Below the pieces are notes generated by a model that was not told the origin of the DNA, did no database searches, and was given only the letters and a program-made list of their open reading frames with translations. A stretch of 64,000 nucleotides of DNA from Antechinus flavipes (Eukaryota): the NCBI RefSeq assembly GCF_016432865.1, contig NC_067404.1:8184001-8248000 (forward strand), given 5' to 3'. Shown one piece after another: positions 47,061-59,199 of this stretch. Every line of letters starts with the position of its first letter. Position 1 is the first letter of the stretch. A program made the position numbers and the translations under genes.

Positions 47061-49271
47061 GTCCCGCTCCCCCAGCTGGCAGCCCCTCCCTCAGGCCCAA
47101 CTGCCCCCGGACCCCCACATGCTGGGGCTCGGCTCCCCGGGGGAGGGGATCTCTGACACCGGTGTCCTGCACCACTGAGCACCAGCAGGCCTGGGGGAGG
47201 GCAGACAGGCCGGGGCCACATCCACAAGTGGGCCCCAGCAGCCTTGCAGTCCAAGGGGAGGAGACCGGGGTAACCTGGAGAAAGCCCCAGGTGGGAAGCA
47301 GAGCAGGCCTGAGCCTCCCAGCGGGGGGTCTGGCTCCCAAAGCCCCCACGGCCCCTCCCGTCCCCCCAAAGGCGGCCACCCCCGAGGAGGGCCGAGGGGG
47401 CTGGCGCCGGCTCCCCGTGGAAGGTCTCTTCCCCACAGGCAGGGCCCGGTCCCACAGCGGGCACTGCCACACAGCCTCCTCCGCCAGTCTGCCCGGGGTC
47501 AGCGGCCCCTCCCCCTGCTCCTGGGGCCCAGGGACTGCTGCCCTGCTTCATCTAACAGGAGCTGGCGGCTTAATCTGCTGCCCTGGATTGGCCCTAAGAC
47601 AGCCTGAGCTAGTTCGCCTGGCGTCCCAGGCCCTCTGGCCATGGGCATTCCTTCATCCGCTATGGGAAGTACCTTTCCCCACTTCCTGTTTCTGTCCAGC
47701 CCTGTGAAGATGCCTTTCTTCTTCCGCCAGGGGGCAGTGTGTCAGGGGAAAGTTGCTGCCAAGGTGCGATGGCCTTGGCAACAGTTTGCTTGGGAGGGGG
47801 CTGTGACTAGGGTGTACCATCCAGAGCAAGCCCCGGGTTCCCAGCCTGAGGGCCTGGGAAGGTGGGGCGCCCTCCGTGGTTTTAGGGAAGGTGAGGTGTT
47901 AAGACAGTGATGAGGTCCGTTTGGACTCCAGTTGTGTTAATGTCCTAAGGGGCACTTGGAGGAATGGCAGTGGCCACTGGGCCAGACGTGGGCGGGCTCA
48001 GAGAGAGCTGAGCGTCCTCAGCACAGAGAGTCAGTTAGTGGCAGGGCAAGTACCGAGGTCCCCACAGGAAGGACCCCGGAGCGAGCTGCAGGGGGTCCAA
48101 AGGGCTAATCTGGCCCGATGGGGCGGGTCCCAGCTCCCACAGAGCCATAGGGAAAGGGCTCCTGACCAATGTCCTGGGAGCTGCGAATCTACCCTTTGTG
48201 TTGCTCACTCAGGCTTTGAGATCATTCCCATAGGCCCCAGGACCCCCTTCACCAAGGTACTGCTTCCTGCCTCTGGGGCCCCTTCCCCTAGTTGGCCCAC
48301 CCTCTCTTGACCACACAGAGCATTTCGGTTCCGTTGACTATGATGCTGGGGTGGGTGCAGTCCCATGGGCCTAGCTGGGAAGCATCAGTTCAGCTTGGGG
48401 CCCACAGGAAGAGGGTCTGTGTGTTCTACTGAGTCCTGTCAGAACCCAACCCTCCATCTCTCAGAAATCAGCCGCTGAACGCTCAGGTCAGCCTGGGAAT
48501 TGGATAGCACTGGAAATAAGGAAGGGCCCAAGGGACTCAAGATGAAGTGGAGGGAGGAGACAGGGCTACAGGGAAGTCATAGCCCCCTCCCGGGGCACCA
48601 CCTAGCACAGAGCTACAGGGAAACAAGGAAGAGGGACCAGGCTTGGGAGGGCAGACAACAGGAGGAGCCCGGCCCCAGCGAGGCAGGGAGGGGAAAGCAT
48701 TCCCCGGGGCCTCACTCTGGCTGGGGGAGAGGGCCCCCGCAGGGCAGGTTTCAGCCAACAGAGTCCCATGCTCCTCTAGGGGGGGACAAGGCCGGGGTGG
48801 GGGAGACGGGGCCCCCTAGGGCGGGCTTCCACTGCACAGAGGTTGGAGGGCACTGGGCCGACTCAAGGCCGTTCCTAGGCCTCCGGCTCCCAGGCCACCG
48901 TCCCCTGGAGGATGGGGGAGAAAGGGGTTCTGGGGACAGCTGGATTAGCCCAAGGCATTAGCTCCCCCTGAGGGTGCCAGTAGTAGCCGCCGGGCAGTGG
49001 GGCCGAGTGAGTGCCATCGGGGAATGGCTGAGAAGGGCCAGGGGACCCCCCTGAGGCAACAGAGGGGACTCAGGGCTCCCTGGAGGGTGGGGCATTTAGG
49101 GTTTTTTGGGAGCTCCAAGTCAGGTGCATCAGTTTCATTGGGCACCAGAACCTTAGAATGACCCTAGAAGGTCTAGTTCTCAGTAGGTGTCTCAGCACTG
49201 CCACTTGCTTTGTGACAGTGGCTTGAATGAGAAACCACAGCTGAGACTGAGCTGCTGTGGATGGTTTGCAT

Positions 49272-52200
49272 TGTCAGAGATCCCACCCCCAGGGAGCCGA
49301 GCCCCCAGCATGTGGTGGTCAGTTAGGGGGCAGTGGAGGCCTGAGAGAGGTGCTGCCAGCCCGGGGGAGCGGGACATGGGTGGAGGGGCCTCTAGGCCAT
49401 GGCTGGAGCAGCCGGTCATGGTCAGGCCCGATGCGGAAGGACTCCTCAGACGTAACAACATGCAGGTGAGCCGCCCTGCCCGGGCGCCAGGCCCCGTGCC
49501 GGTGCTCCCCGAACCCGGGGCCCCTCCCCGACACCCGGGGCCCCTCCCCAACACCCGGGGCCCCTCCCCGGCACCCGAAGCTCAGGGCCGGGACCCCGTC
49601 AGACAGCTGGGGACACAGAGAGCTAGCGGCAGGGACGTGGCCTGCCCCCGGGGAGCGCCCGGCCGGGAGGGGGGGGAGGATGGGAGAGTCTGGGCCCGTT
49701 CCCGACCCTCCCAACCCCGCCCGCACCCCGGCGCGGGGGCCGCGACCGAGCTCCCCCCAGCGGGCACTTCCACAAGCAGGCCGGGGTTTTTTGTGTACTT
49801 TCCGTGCTTTATTCACTGGGGTGGTGCATGTTTTGGGGGAGGGGAGCCCCCGGGCCCCCAGGCAGGTGAGCCCCGCCCCGCAGCTGTCACAGGCTGTTGG
49901 GGGTTGGAATGTTATGCTGGTTACAATGGTGACCCTGAGCACTCTGGGGTAACCATGACAGAGGGACCCCCCCCACCTCACAATTCTGCCGGGCAGCCGA
50001 GGTGAAGGTTGCCATGAAGCAACAGGCAGGGGCGGGGATGCCCAAGGCCGGCCAGCCCCCCCACTACATTGTGGCCGAGCTGAGGCCCTTTCAACTGCAC
50101 CCCGGCCACGGCCCTCAGAGAATAGATGGAACACCTGGAGCGCAGCCCGCCCCCAACGCGCGGCCAGCTATGACACAATTTCATGGAGAAACTACCCGCG
50201 CCCCCCCGGGAAGCCACGGGCGGGGGAGAGCCACACCCCCCCCAGTGATCTATGCGAGGCTAGCCCCGGCCGCCCCTGACCCCTTGGCCCTGGGTGGGAG
50301 TGGGGAAGGCATGCCTGGGGCCAGGCCAGCCCCCATGATCTATGGCCACTGGCCCCAGGCTTATGTGGAAAATCAGCATGGAGCCCTCGTAGGCGCTGGG
50401 GATGGGCGCGTGAGAGTGAGCTTGCCCGGGCGGCGAACGCTGTTCAGCCCCGAGCCCCAACGCAGACGACAAGCCATGACTCACATGCGGAGACATCGGA
50501 GATCCCAAGGCCTGCCCGCCCTCCTGCTGGCCACGCTGGCGAGAAGCGAGGCAGAGAGCGCCAGAGGGGCCGCGGCCTCCCAGGCTTCCGCGCAGGCCGC
50601 CATCGGCGACGGCGGTGGCAGACGAGACCCTGCACGCCGGGCCCAGCGGTCCCAAGATCCCCCCGATGGGCAAGCGCGCGGCGGCGGCGCCGCCAGTGAC
50701 AATGGCAGCGGCGGCAGTGACAATGGCCGCGGTGGCAGTGACAATGGCCGCGGTGGCAGTGACAATGGCCGCGGTGGCAGTGACGGTGGCAGTGGCGGCG
50801 GCGGCGGCGGCAGCGACGGCGGCAGCAGCGACAGTGGTAGTGACGGCGGGGGCATCGGCGGCATCAGCGGCGGCGGCATCGGTGGCGGCATCAGCAGTGG
50901 CATCAGCGGCGGCATCGGCGGCGGCATCAGTGGCAGCATCAACGGTGGCATTGGCGGTGGCATCAGCGGTGGCATCAGCAGTGGCATCAGCGGCGGCATC
51001 GGTGGCGGCATCAACGGTGGCATTGGCGGTGGCATCAGCGGTGGCATCGGCGGCGGCATCGGCGGTGGTGGCGGCATCAACGGCGGCGGCGGCGGAGCGG
51101 ACCAAGCTGCTCCTGCACGGAACCCCGCAGGACCCATGTAATGGGCCTGGGACAGGACTGGAGCTCCCCTTCCCCTCACCACCCCTGCCTTTCCCCTCCT
51201 CTTCCCCTGCCTTCCTCTGTGGCCCTTCTCTCCCCTTATGTCATCGGCCCGAAGGCGCCCCACGCCAACAGCGCCCCTCTGACCATCCTGACGGGGCAGG
51301 AGCCTCCACATTCATCCTCTACAAATCCTTCGCCTGTTCCCACTGTCGAGGATTTATTCTTTGTATTTTAACATTTGTTGCCTTACAACGTACAACTAAC
51401 GCTAAAAGAGCTTCAGTCCAAGAATAAAAATAAAGATCTTTCTCTGTTGAAATTGCCTTGGTCTTCTTTCCCCCCCTCACCACGGCCTGCCCGGCCTCTG
51501 CCCCTGCCGCCCCCGGGACCTCCTCCCTGCCCCCGACTTCCAGTTACGCCCCGATGCCCTGAGAGACGCCCCCATGGGCCGCGGGGGGGCCCCCTGGGGT
51601 GCGGACCTTGGGGACGGGGCCGATTCAAGGAGCCTTTGGGCCGGGAAGCCCCGGTCTGCCCCCAGCTTCCTCCTTCACAGAGAAGGAGGGAGACCCCTGG
51701 GCTCTGGAAAGGGGGAGGGGGGAAGGCCCACAGGAACGTGGGGGTCTCCAGCCCAGCGGGTCTGTCCTGGGAGCCCCTCTGAGTTAGGCCTGAAGAAAGC
51801 GGGTGGGAGACGGGGCGGGGGCTCCCGGGCTGTCCCGGCCCAGACTGTACCGGCGGGCTCGGGCGCAGCGGGGCCCCGAAGGCTCCCCCTGCCCTGGCTG
51901 GCTCCCTGCCTGAGGGCTGCAGTTTCCCCGCAGCCCCAGGGGCGCCCCCTCTGCCTGCCCCAGGGCCCCGCAGAGCCGGGGAAGTTGTGGGGGAGACTGC
52001 GGTGCGACGGGAGCGCGAGACCCGGCCCCAATAAGTGCCCTGGGGGGTAAGAAGCTCCTTGTTTGGGTCTGGCCCAAAGGGCCGGCCCCGCGGTTCGGGG
52101 GCAGCTTCCAGGGAAAACAGAGGACACACGGAGGCTTTCTCACCCCGCAGGGGCCTCGGGGGGCAGAGAACTCGACCACCCCGGCCGTCACCGCAGGGAC

Positions 52201-52700
52201 CCCCGGCCGGGCCCGCCGACTCCCCGGGCCCTTACCGGGCCCACAGGAAGGAGGGAACGGGGCAGGGGGCACATTCTGCCCTAGTGATGCTCAGCGGGGT
52301 GGGAGCCAAGGGGCAAGAAATCGTCCCCCCCCCTCACCCCCCGCCCCAGCTCCTCGTCAGTTGGGGCCAAAGGACTCAGAGCGGGAGGAGGCCAGAGAGT
52401 CCACTGACTAGAAGGCTGCCCTGTTACAGAGGGGGAAACTGAGGCTCACGGGGGCCGGGGAGTGGTGGCTCCCTGACTGGCCGGTGGGAGTCCCCCCGGG
52501 GGGGAAGCTGGGGAGGCCCCGGGACACTAGAAAGGCCGCTCTGGGGAGGTTCTGTCACTGGGCCGGACTCAAGGCTGTTCCTAGGCCTCGGGCTCCCGGG
52601 CTGCTGCCCCCTGGAGGATGGGGGAGAAGGGTGGGGGAGAAGGGGGCGCTGGGGGCAGGTGGATTAGCCCAGGGCACTAGCGCCCCCTCAGGGTGCCATC
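49272..52700. repeat. Inverted repeat arm matching 33900-37297 (C block)
   Basis: Near-identical reverse complement; ORF pairs 35469-36569/50002-51141 and 35936-36127/50444-50635 match. Confidence 0.92.
49376..51141 (+). CDS. Family copy C' (375 aa from ATG 50014; longer if exon 1 is spliced)
   Basis: Exon 1 49376-49465 MGGGASRPWLEQPVMVRPDAEGLLRRNNMQ, donor at 49466, exon 2 from 50002; intact ORF; AATAAAAATAAA at ~51423-51434. Confidence 0.72.
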
Positions 52701-53133
52701 GGGGTGAGGCAGAGAAGGGCCGGGGGACCCCCCTGAGGCAACAGAGGGGGCTCAGGGCTCCCTGGAGGGGTTTTCGGGAGCCAAGTCAGGCCCATCAGCC
52801 TGCAGCTAGCAGGCTTGGCCAGCTTCCCCTTGTGCCCAATGAAGGGGGAGGACGAGGGCTGGGGCCCCACGGCCCGTCCAGCTGTCAGGGAGGAGCGGCC
52901 GGCGGCAGGGGGAGAGCAGGCACCGAGGCAAGCCCCAGCCGGCTCCCGGAGAGGGAGGCCGGGCCAGGCCAGGGAAGGTGGTCGGAGGCAGCCAGGGCAG
53001 GCCTTGCTCGGAAATGCCCCAGCAACCAAAGGGAGAGTGTCGGGGGGGGGGGGGCGAGACCTGGGGAGGGGGAGGGCCATGCTGGTTGGGAGCAGAGGAG
53101 GCGGCTGGGAGCCATGCTGCTGCATGTGCCCTT

Positions 53134-53515
53134 TGGCCCCGGCCTCCTGCCCCTCCGGCCCCGGCCTCCTTCCCCTCCGGCCCCGGCCTGCTGCCCCTCC
53201 GGCCCCGGCCTCCGTCCCCTCCGGCCCCGGCTTCCTGCCCCTCCGGCCCCGGCCTCCTTCCCCTCCGGCCCCGGCCTCCTGCCCCTCCGGCCCTGGCCTC
53301 CTTCCCCTCTGGCCCCGGCCTGCTGCCCCTCCGGCCCCGGCTTCCGTCCCCTCCGGCCCCAGCCTCCTGCCCCTCCGGCCCCGGCCTCCTGCCCCTCTGG
53401 CCCCAGCCTGCTGCCCCTCTGGCCCCGGATTCCGTCCCCTCCGGCCCCGGCCTCCTGCCCCTCTGGCCCCGGCCTCCTGCCCCTCTGGCCCCGGCCTCCT
53501 GCCCCTCCGGCCCCG
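53134..53515. repeat. 22-bp minisatellite (~17 units)
   Basis: GGCCCCGGCCTCCTGCCCCTCC units; the translation repeats every 22 aa (3 units). Confidence 0.92.
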
Positions 53516-53735
53516 GTCTCCTCCCCCAACACAGCAGGCCCTTGGACTACCAGGCTGCTGGGGCCCGCTTGTGGATGTGGCCCCGGCCCGTCTGCCCTCC
53601 CCCAGGCCTGCTGGGGCTCAGTGGTGCAGGACAGCGGTGTCAGAGATCCCCTCCCCCGGGGAGCCGAGCCCCAGCATGCGGGGGTCCGGGGGCAGTTGGG
53701 CCTGAGGGAGGGGCTGCCAGCTGGGGGAGCGGGAC

Positions 53736-55241
53736 ATGGGGGGAGGGGCCTCCAGTCCCTGGATACAGCAGCCAGTCACAGTCAGGCCAGATGCTGAAGA
53801 ACTCCTCAGACATAACATGCAGGTGAGAGGCCCTGCCCGGGCACCAGGCCCCGTGCCGGTGCTCCCCGAACCCGGGGCCCCTCCCCAACACCCGGGGTCC
53901 CTCCTCAACACCCGGGGCCCCTCCCCAGCACCGGGAGCCCGGGGCTGGGACCCTGTTGGACAGCTGGGGACCAAGGGGCTAACGGCAGGGACATGGCCGC
54001 CCCTGGGGAGCGCCCGGCCGGGAGGGGGGGGAGGATGGGAGAGCCTGGGCCCGCTCCCGACCCTCCCAACCCCGCCCGCACCCCGGTGCGGGGGCTGCGA
54101 CCCAGCTCCCCCCAGCGGGCCCTTCCACAAGTGGGGCCGATGGGGTGTGTGTGTGTGTACTTTTTGTGCTTTATTCACTGGGGTCGTGCCGTGTTTTGGG
54201 GGTGGGGAGCCCCGGGTCCCCCCCACGCGATGGGGAAATCAATCCCCCTGGGGGGGCCCGAGGCCCGTCACCGTGACCACCCCCCGGCATTTGGGGTGGT
54301 GCCGTGTTTTGGGGGTGGGGAGCCCCGGGTCCCCCCCACGCGATGGGGAAATCAGCCCCCCTGGGGGGGCCCGAGGCCCGTCACCGTGACCACCCCCCGG
54401 CATTTGGGGTCACCGTGGCGACGGGGCGGGGCGCCGCCTCACAATTCCCCTGTGAGGTGGGCACGGGCGGTTGCCCGGGAGACGGGGGCCAGGAAATAAA
54501 AGGCCGGGAGGGGGAGCCGGCCCCCAGAACCTGCCACGTCCCCTCACCTGTGTGGCTATGTTGAGGCTTTTCCAACTGACTCCTGGCCAGGTTCCTCAGC
54601 GCAGAGCCGATGGAAGACCCGGACCTCAGCCACCTCCAGGGGCCCGGCCCAGAATGCCCCAGTTTCAGGCAGAAAGCATCCGTATCCCCTTTGCGGGACA
54701 TGGGCGGGGGAGAGCCATGCCCCCCCCAGTGTTGCATCCTCGGGTGGTCCCGGCCATCCCCGACCTGCTGGTGACAGCCTTGGCCGCAGGGGGGGAAGGG
54801 ATCCCCGGAGCCAGGCCCGGGGCTCTGGGCTATGGCCACTGGCCCCAGGCCTACTTAGAGAACCAGCATGCCGCCTTGTTCGGGGCCGGAGACGGGAGGA
54901 TGAGAGTGAGCGTGCCGGGGAGGCGCAGTCCATTCTTTCCTGACCCTCATCGAGGCCGCCAGGCCGTGCCCCACGTGCGAAGACATCGAAGATCCCGCGC
55001 CCTCCCCGAGCTGCTCCTGGCCACGCTGGCCCGAACGGAAGGCGAGTTCTCGGGAGCCGGCTCCCAGGCCCTGGCCCAGGGCCCGCAGGCCTCGCAGGCG
55101 GCGCCAGACCCCACCGGCGGCGACAGAGCCGGGCCCGCCCCCTGGCCCCCGAGACCCCAAGACCCCGCCGACGGCCTTCCCCAGCCGGCCGGAAGAGCCG
55201 AAGACGCTCTCGGCGCCCAGAGCCCCTCGGGGACCATGTAA
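53736..55241 (+). CDS. Family copy A' (exon 2 ORF 227 aa from ATG 54558)
   Basis: Exon 1 53736-53822. Exon 2 ORF MLRLFQL...GHGRG...YGHWPQAYLENQHAALFGAGDGR...RRHRRS...AQSPSGTM* is intact; AATAAA ~55532. A 1-nt loss in a G run near 54505 would break the exon1-exon2 frame. Confidence 0.65.
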
Positions 55242-55719
55242 CCAGGCTCCGAAAGAACCAGAGCCCGCCCCCTCGGCCCTGTCCCTCCCCTCCCCGCCCC
55301 CCTCCTCTCCCCCCTCCCCTGCCCTCGGGCCTTCTCCCTGCCCTCCCTCTCTGCCTCAAGGCTCCCACCAGCAGCCTCCTCGCGGGACATAGGAGAAAGG
55401 GAGGAGGTCCTCAGGGACTTCTCACCCCCTTGCTGTGACCCCTATCGCGGATTTATTCTTTGAAAGTTTGCTTATGTTACTCAACAGTTTGGTCTGAAGC
55501 TAAAAGAGCTCGCATGAATGCAAGAAGAAAAATAAACACCTTCTCTATTGAGCCTGCCTGGTCCTTTGGTCTTTCCCCCCCCAGCCTGCCGGGCCCCTCC
55601 ACCCCCCGCCCCGGCCTGCGCCTTCCCTTGGGCTCCGGGCCTCTGCCCCTGCCGTCCCCGCAGCTTCCCCCCTTCCCTGATGCCTGAGAGACCTCCCCCC
55701 AGGCTCCGGGGGGCAGCTC

Positions 55720-56420
55720 CCCAGAGTGAGGAAGTGGGGGGGGGGACCAAGGGCTCCTTTGGGGAGGGAAGTCCCGCTCTAGACTCACTGTCCCCGGCTT
55801 CCTTCTTCACAGGCAGATGGGGGCCCCCCGTGGTGGTGAATGCGGGGATGTGGGGGGGACAAGGGCTCCTTTGGGGTGGGAAGCTTCGGTCTAGACTCAC
55901 TGTCCCTAGGTTTCTCCCTCACAGACAAATGGGGGAGCCCCTTGATGTGGTGAGTGCAGGGGTGGGGGGGGATAAAGGCTCTTTTGGGGTGAGAAAGTTC
56001 AGTCTAGACTCACTGCCCCAGCCTGCTCCTTCACAGGCAGATGGGGGCCCCCCGCGGTGGTGAATGTGGGGATGTGGGGGGACAAGGGCTCCTTTGGGGT
56101 GGGAAGCTTCGGTCTAGACTCACTGTCCCTAGGTTTCTCCCTCAGACAAATGGGGGAGCCCCTTGAGGTGGTGAATGAAGGGATGTTGCTGGGAGAAGGG
56201 CTCATGTGGGGAGGGAAGCCCCCGGTCTAGACTCACTGCCCCTGGTTCCTCCTTCACAGGAGATGGGGGCCCCCCGCGGTGGTGAATGCGGGGATGTGGG
56301 GGGGATAAGGGTTCATTTTGGGAGGGAAGCCCGGGCCACTTGGCCTAGACTCTGTCCCCACCTTCCACCTTCACAGAAATGGTGGGAGAACCCGTGGGGC
56401 TCTGGGAACTGGGAGGGGGA
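55720..56420. repeat. ~111-bp satellite, inverted
   Basis: Reverse complement of 19800-20720. Confidence 0.9.
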
Positions 56421-57999
56421 AGGCCCACAACAACGTGGGGGTCTGTCCTGGAAATGCCTCTGAGTTAGGCCTGAAGAAAGCAGGTGTGACAGGGCCTGGG
56501 CTGTCCTGACCCAGACTATGCGCCAGCGGGCTCAGGCGCATCAGGGGCTCCCCCTCCCCTTGCTGGCTCCCTGCCTGAGGGCTGCAGTTTCCCAGCAGCC
56601 CCAGGGGCGCCCCCTCTGCCTTCCCGGACCATTCTCCCAAGTGAGAGGAGTTGAAAAGACCGGGAGCAGGAAAGGAGCCCCAGTCTATTGTCCCAGGAGT
56701 CGCCCTGGGCCAGCGCGTGAGACCGCTGAGACGGGACTGCCCCAGAGGGCCGGTGGCAGGCGGAGGCCACCGGAAAGATGCAGGAGGAGTTAGGGCTCTC
56801 TAACCCGGGCTGGGCTCCCTGGGGAGGGGAGAGGGGGCGGGCAGACAACTCTTTCATCCTGGCTGATAAAGCAGGGACCCCCGGGCAGCCCGCCCCCACC
56901 CTCAGCAGGCCCACGGGAGGGATTCTGCCCCACTGACCCTTAGCAGGGTGTGGGCCGAGGGGCGAGAACCGTCCCCGCCTCCCTCCGCCTCAGTTCCTCC
57001 TCTGCCCTTTGGGGTCAAAGGAAGCTCGACCTAGGGCTGGAGGAGGCCACAGAGTGCGCTGAATCAAAGCCCTTCTTGTTGTGGGGGCGGGGGGGCTGAG
57101 GCCCGTGGAGGCTCAGGTAGTGGCGGCTCCCTGCCAGGCTGTGGGGAGTCACACGGGTCAGGAGGCAAAGGCCGCTCTGGTGAGACTGTGTGGGCCGGGC
57201 TGGGTCGGGGGGGGGGGGGAGAGGGACTTCCCCTTGCCCTGGGAGGAGGAGGCCCCTCTCCCATCTCGGGTGGCCTCGGCCTCTCCCCTCCCCCGGGGCC
57301 CAGCTCTCTGCGGGGGGCCTGGCCCCCGGGACCCCTGAGAGCCGAGGGGCAGAGCTGGGCCCGAGCGTCCCCCGGCTGCCCTGGCGGGGGCCCTTGCTCT
57401 TTGCCCCCCAGGAGCCTCCAGTGCAGATAGTGCCCCAAGATCCCCCGTGGCAGCTCCAGAGGAGCGTTAGCACAGATCTCCGCCGAGACCAACTGCCCTT
57501 CTCGTCCCCAGGTACCAGCAGGGGGAGCCCCTCCCAGAAACCCCACCTCCCCCACCCCACCCACCGTGTGCCATGGCTATTTCCTCACACACACACACAC
57601 ACACCCAAACGCGCACACTCATACCCCCCACACAAAAATAGACAAATGCCATACAAACACCACTCATGCATACAAAAATACACCTCACAAATGCACCCAA
57701 ATACACACACTTACACAACACACCAACCAAAGATGCCATAGAAAGACACACATGACACATACAGTCACATGAGCAAGATACACACGCTTCTTGGAAGCAT
57801 CACACTGAAGCACCATCCATACCCTCACCGCACAAATGCACCTACACACACACATAAACTGAACCCACTTTATAAATACACACCAAAGTCAGATATGTCC
57901 CCCGCATATACGGCGCCGAGAAAAGCCCACATCAGACTCAGGGATGCATACAAATACCCCGCAGAAAACCAGGCAAACTACAGAAACATTGTTTATATA

Positions 58000-58473
58000 T
58001 AAAGGCAAACACCCATAGAAACATGTATGTGTGTATATATATGCAAACACCTATAGAAACAGGTTTATATGTGTATATATATGCAAACACCTATAGAAAC
58101 AGGTTTATATACATGTAGGCAAACACCTATAGAAACAGGTTTACACATACATACATGTGTGTATAGGCAAACACCTATAGAAACATGTTTATATATATAA
58201 AGGCAAACACCTATAAAAGCATATGTATGTACATGTATGTGTGTGTATATATAAACAACTATAGAAACATGTTTATATGTGTGTGTATAGGCAAACACCT
58301 ACAAAAACATGTGTGTATGTATATGTATATGTGTGTATATGCAAACACCTATAGAAATGCATGTGTGTGTGTGTAGGCAAACACCTGTAGAAACATGTTT
58401 ATATACATATAGGCAAAACACCTATAGAAACAGATATGTGTGTCTATGTATATATAGGCAAGCACCTATAGAA

Positions 58474-58507
<34 letters not shown>

Positions 58508-58590
58508 GCAAACACCTATAGAAATATGCTTATATATATATAGGGAAGCACCTATAGAAACAGGTTTGTTTCTATAAAGGCAAACACCCA
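58000..58590. repeat. ~36-40-bp array GCAAACACCTATAGAAACA + (TA/TG) spacer
   Basis: About 14 recurrences of GCAAACACCTATAGAAA. Confidence 0.9.
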
Positions 58591-58852
58591 TATATAAACG
58601 TATGTAAGCAACACCCCCCACACACACACTCCCCATACAAATACATGCATATCATGCATACTACACACTTACATATTCCACAACCACCACACATAGTATA
58701 CACACACAAACACACAGAACATAGACACTGTACAAATACACACAAATCAAACTCCCACACACACCATACGAGTACACAAATGCACCAACACATACCACGC
58801 TCACACACACATCACCTACACAACACACAACCCAAGCACGCCAAAGAAATAT

Positions 58853-58997
58853 GGACAGCTAGGGGGCGCAGTGGCTAGAGCCCCAGCCCTGAAGTCAGGA
58901 GGACGGAGTTTAAATCTGGTCTCAGACGCTTCACACTTCCTGGCTGTGACCCTGGCGAGTCACTTAACCCCGACTGCCTCAGCAAACAAACAAAAAA
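58853..58997 (+). mobile_element. WSINE1-like SINE
   Basis: GGACAGCTAGGGGGCGCAGTGGCTAGAGCCCCAGCCCTGAAGTCAGGAGGACGGAGTTTAAATCTGGTCTCAGAC...GAGTCACTTAACCCCGACTGCCTCAGCAAACAAACAAAAAA; absent from the homologous site in D1 (~17130). Confidence 0.9.
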
Positions 58998-59199
58998 TGG
59001 AAGCTGTGCACATCCGACTTCCATACACGCCATATAAAGCACACGCGGACTCCCATGCGTACACAAATCCCCCACCTGAGAATAACGCTCACACCGCACA
59101 CAAACAAGCCCCGTGCTAATACAGACAACAGAAAAACGGCCCGCTCTATACGTATACACAAAACACGCACACTAGACACACAAATGCACGCGCAACACT

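Larger units (their letters stand above)
52440..56330. repeat. Inverted repeat arm matching ~19860-24230 (A block)
   Basis: Near-identical reverse complement apart from a ~550-bp deletion and minisatellite expansion. Confidence 0.9.

Noticed and set aside
51100-51141. Histone-tail or EZHIP-like mimic at the family C-terminus
   Set aside because: Similarity is limited to a few common small residues, with no K27M-type motif.
52484-53826. 437-, 296- and 282-aa Pro-rich ORFs
   Set aside because: All three frames are open only because of the 22-bp C-rich VNTR; the mirrored arm does not keep the same ORFs.
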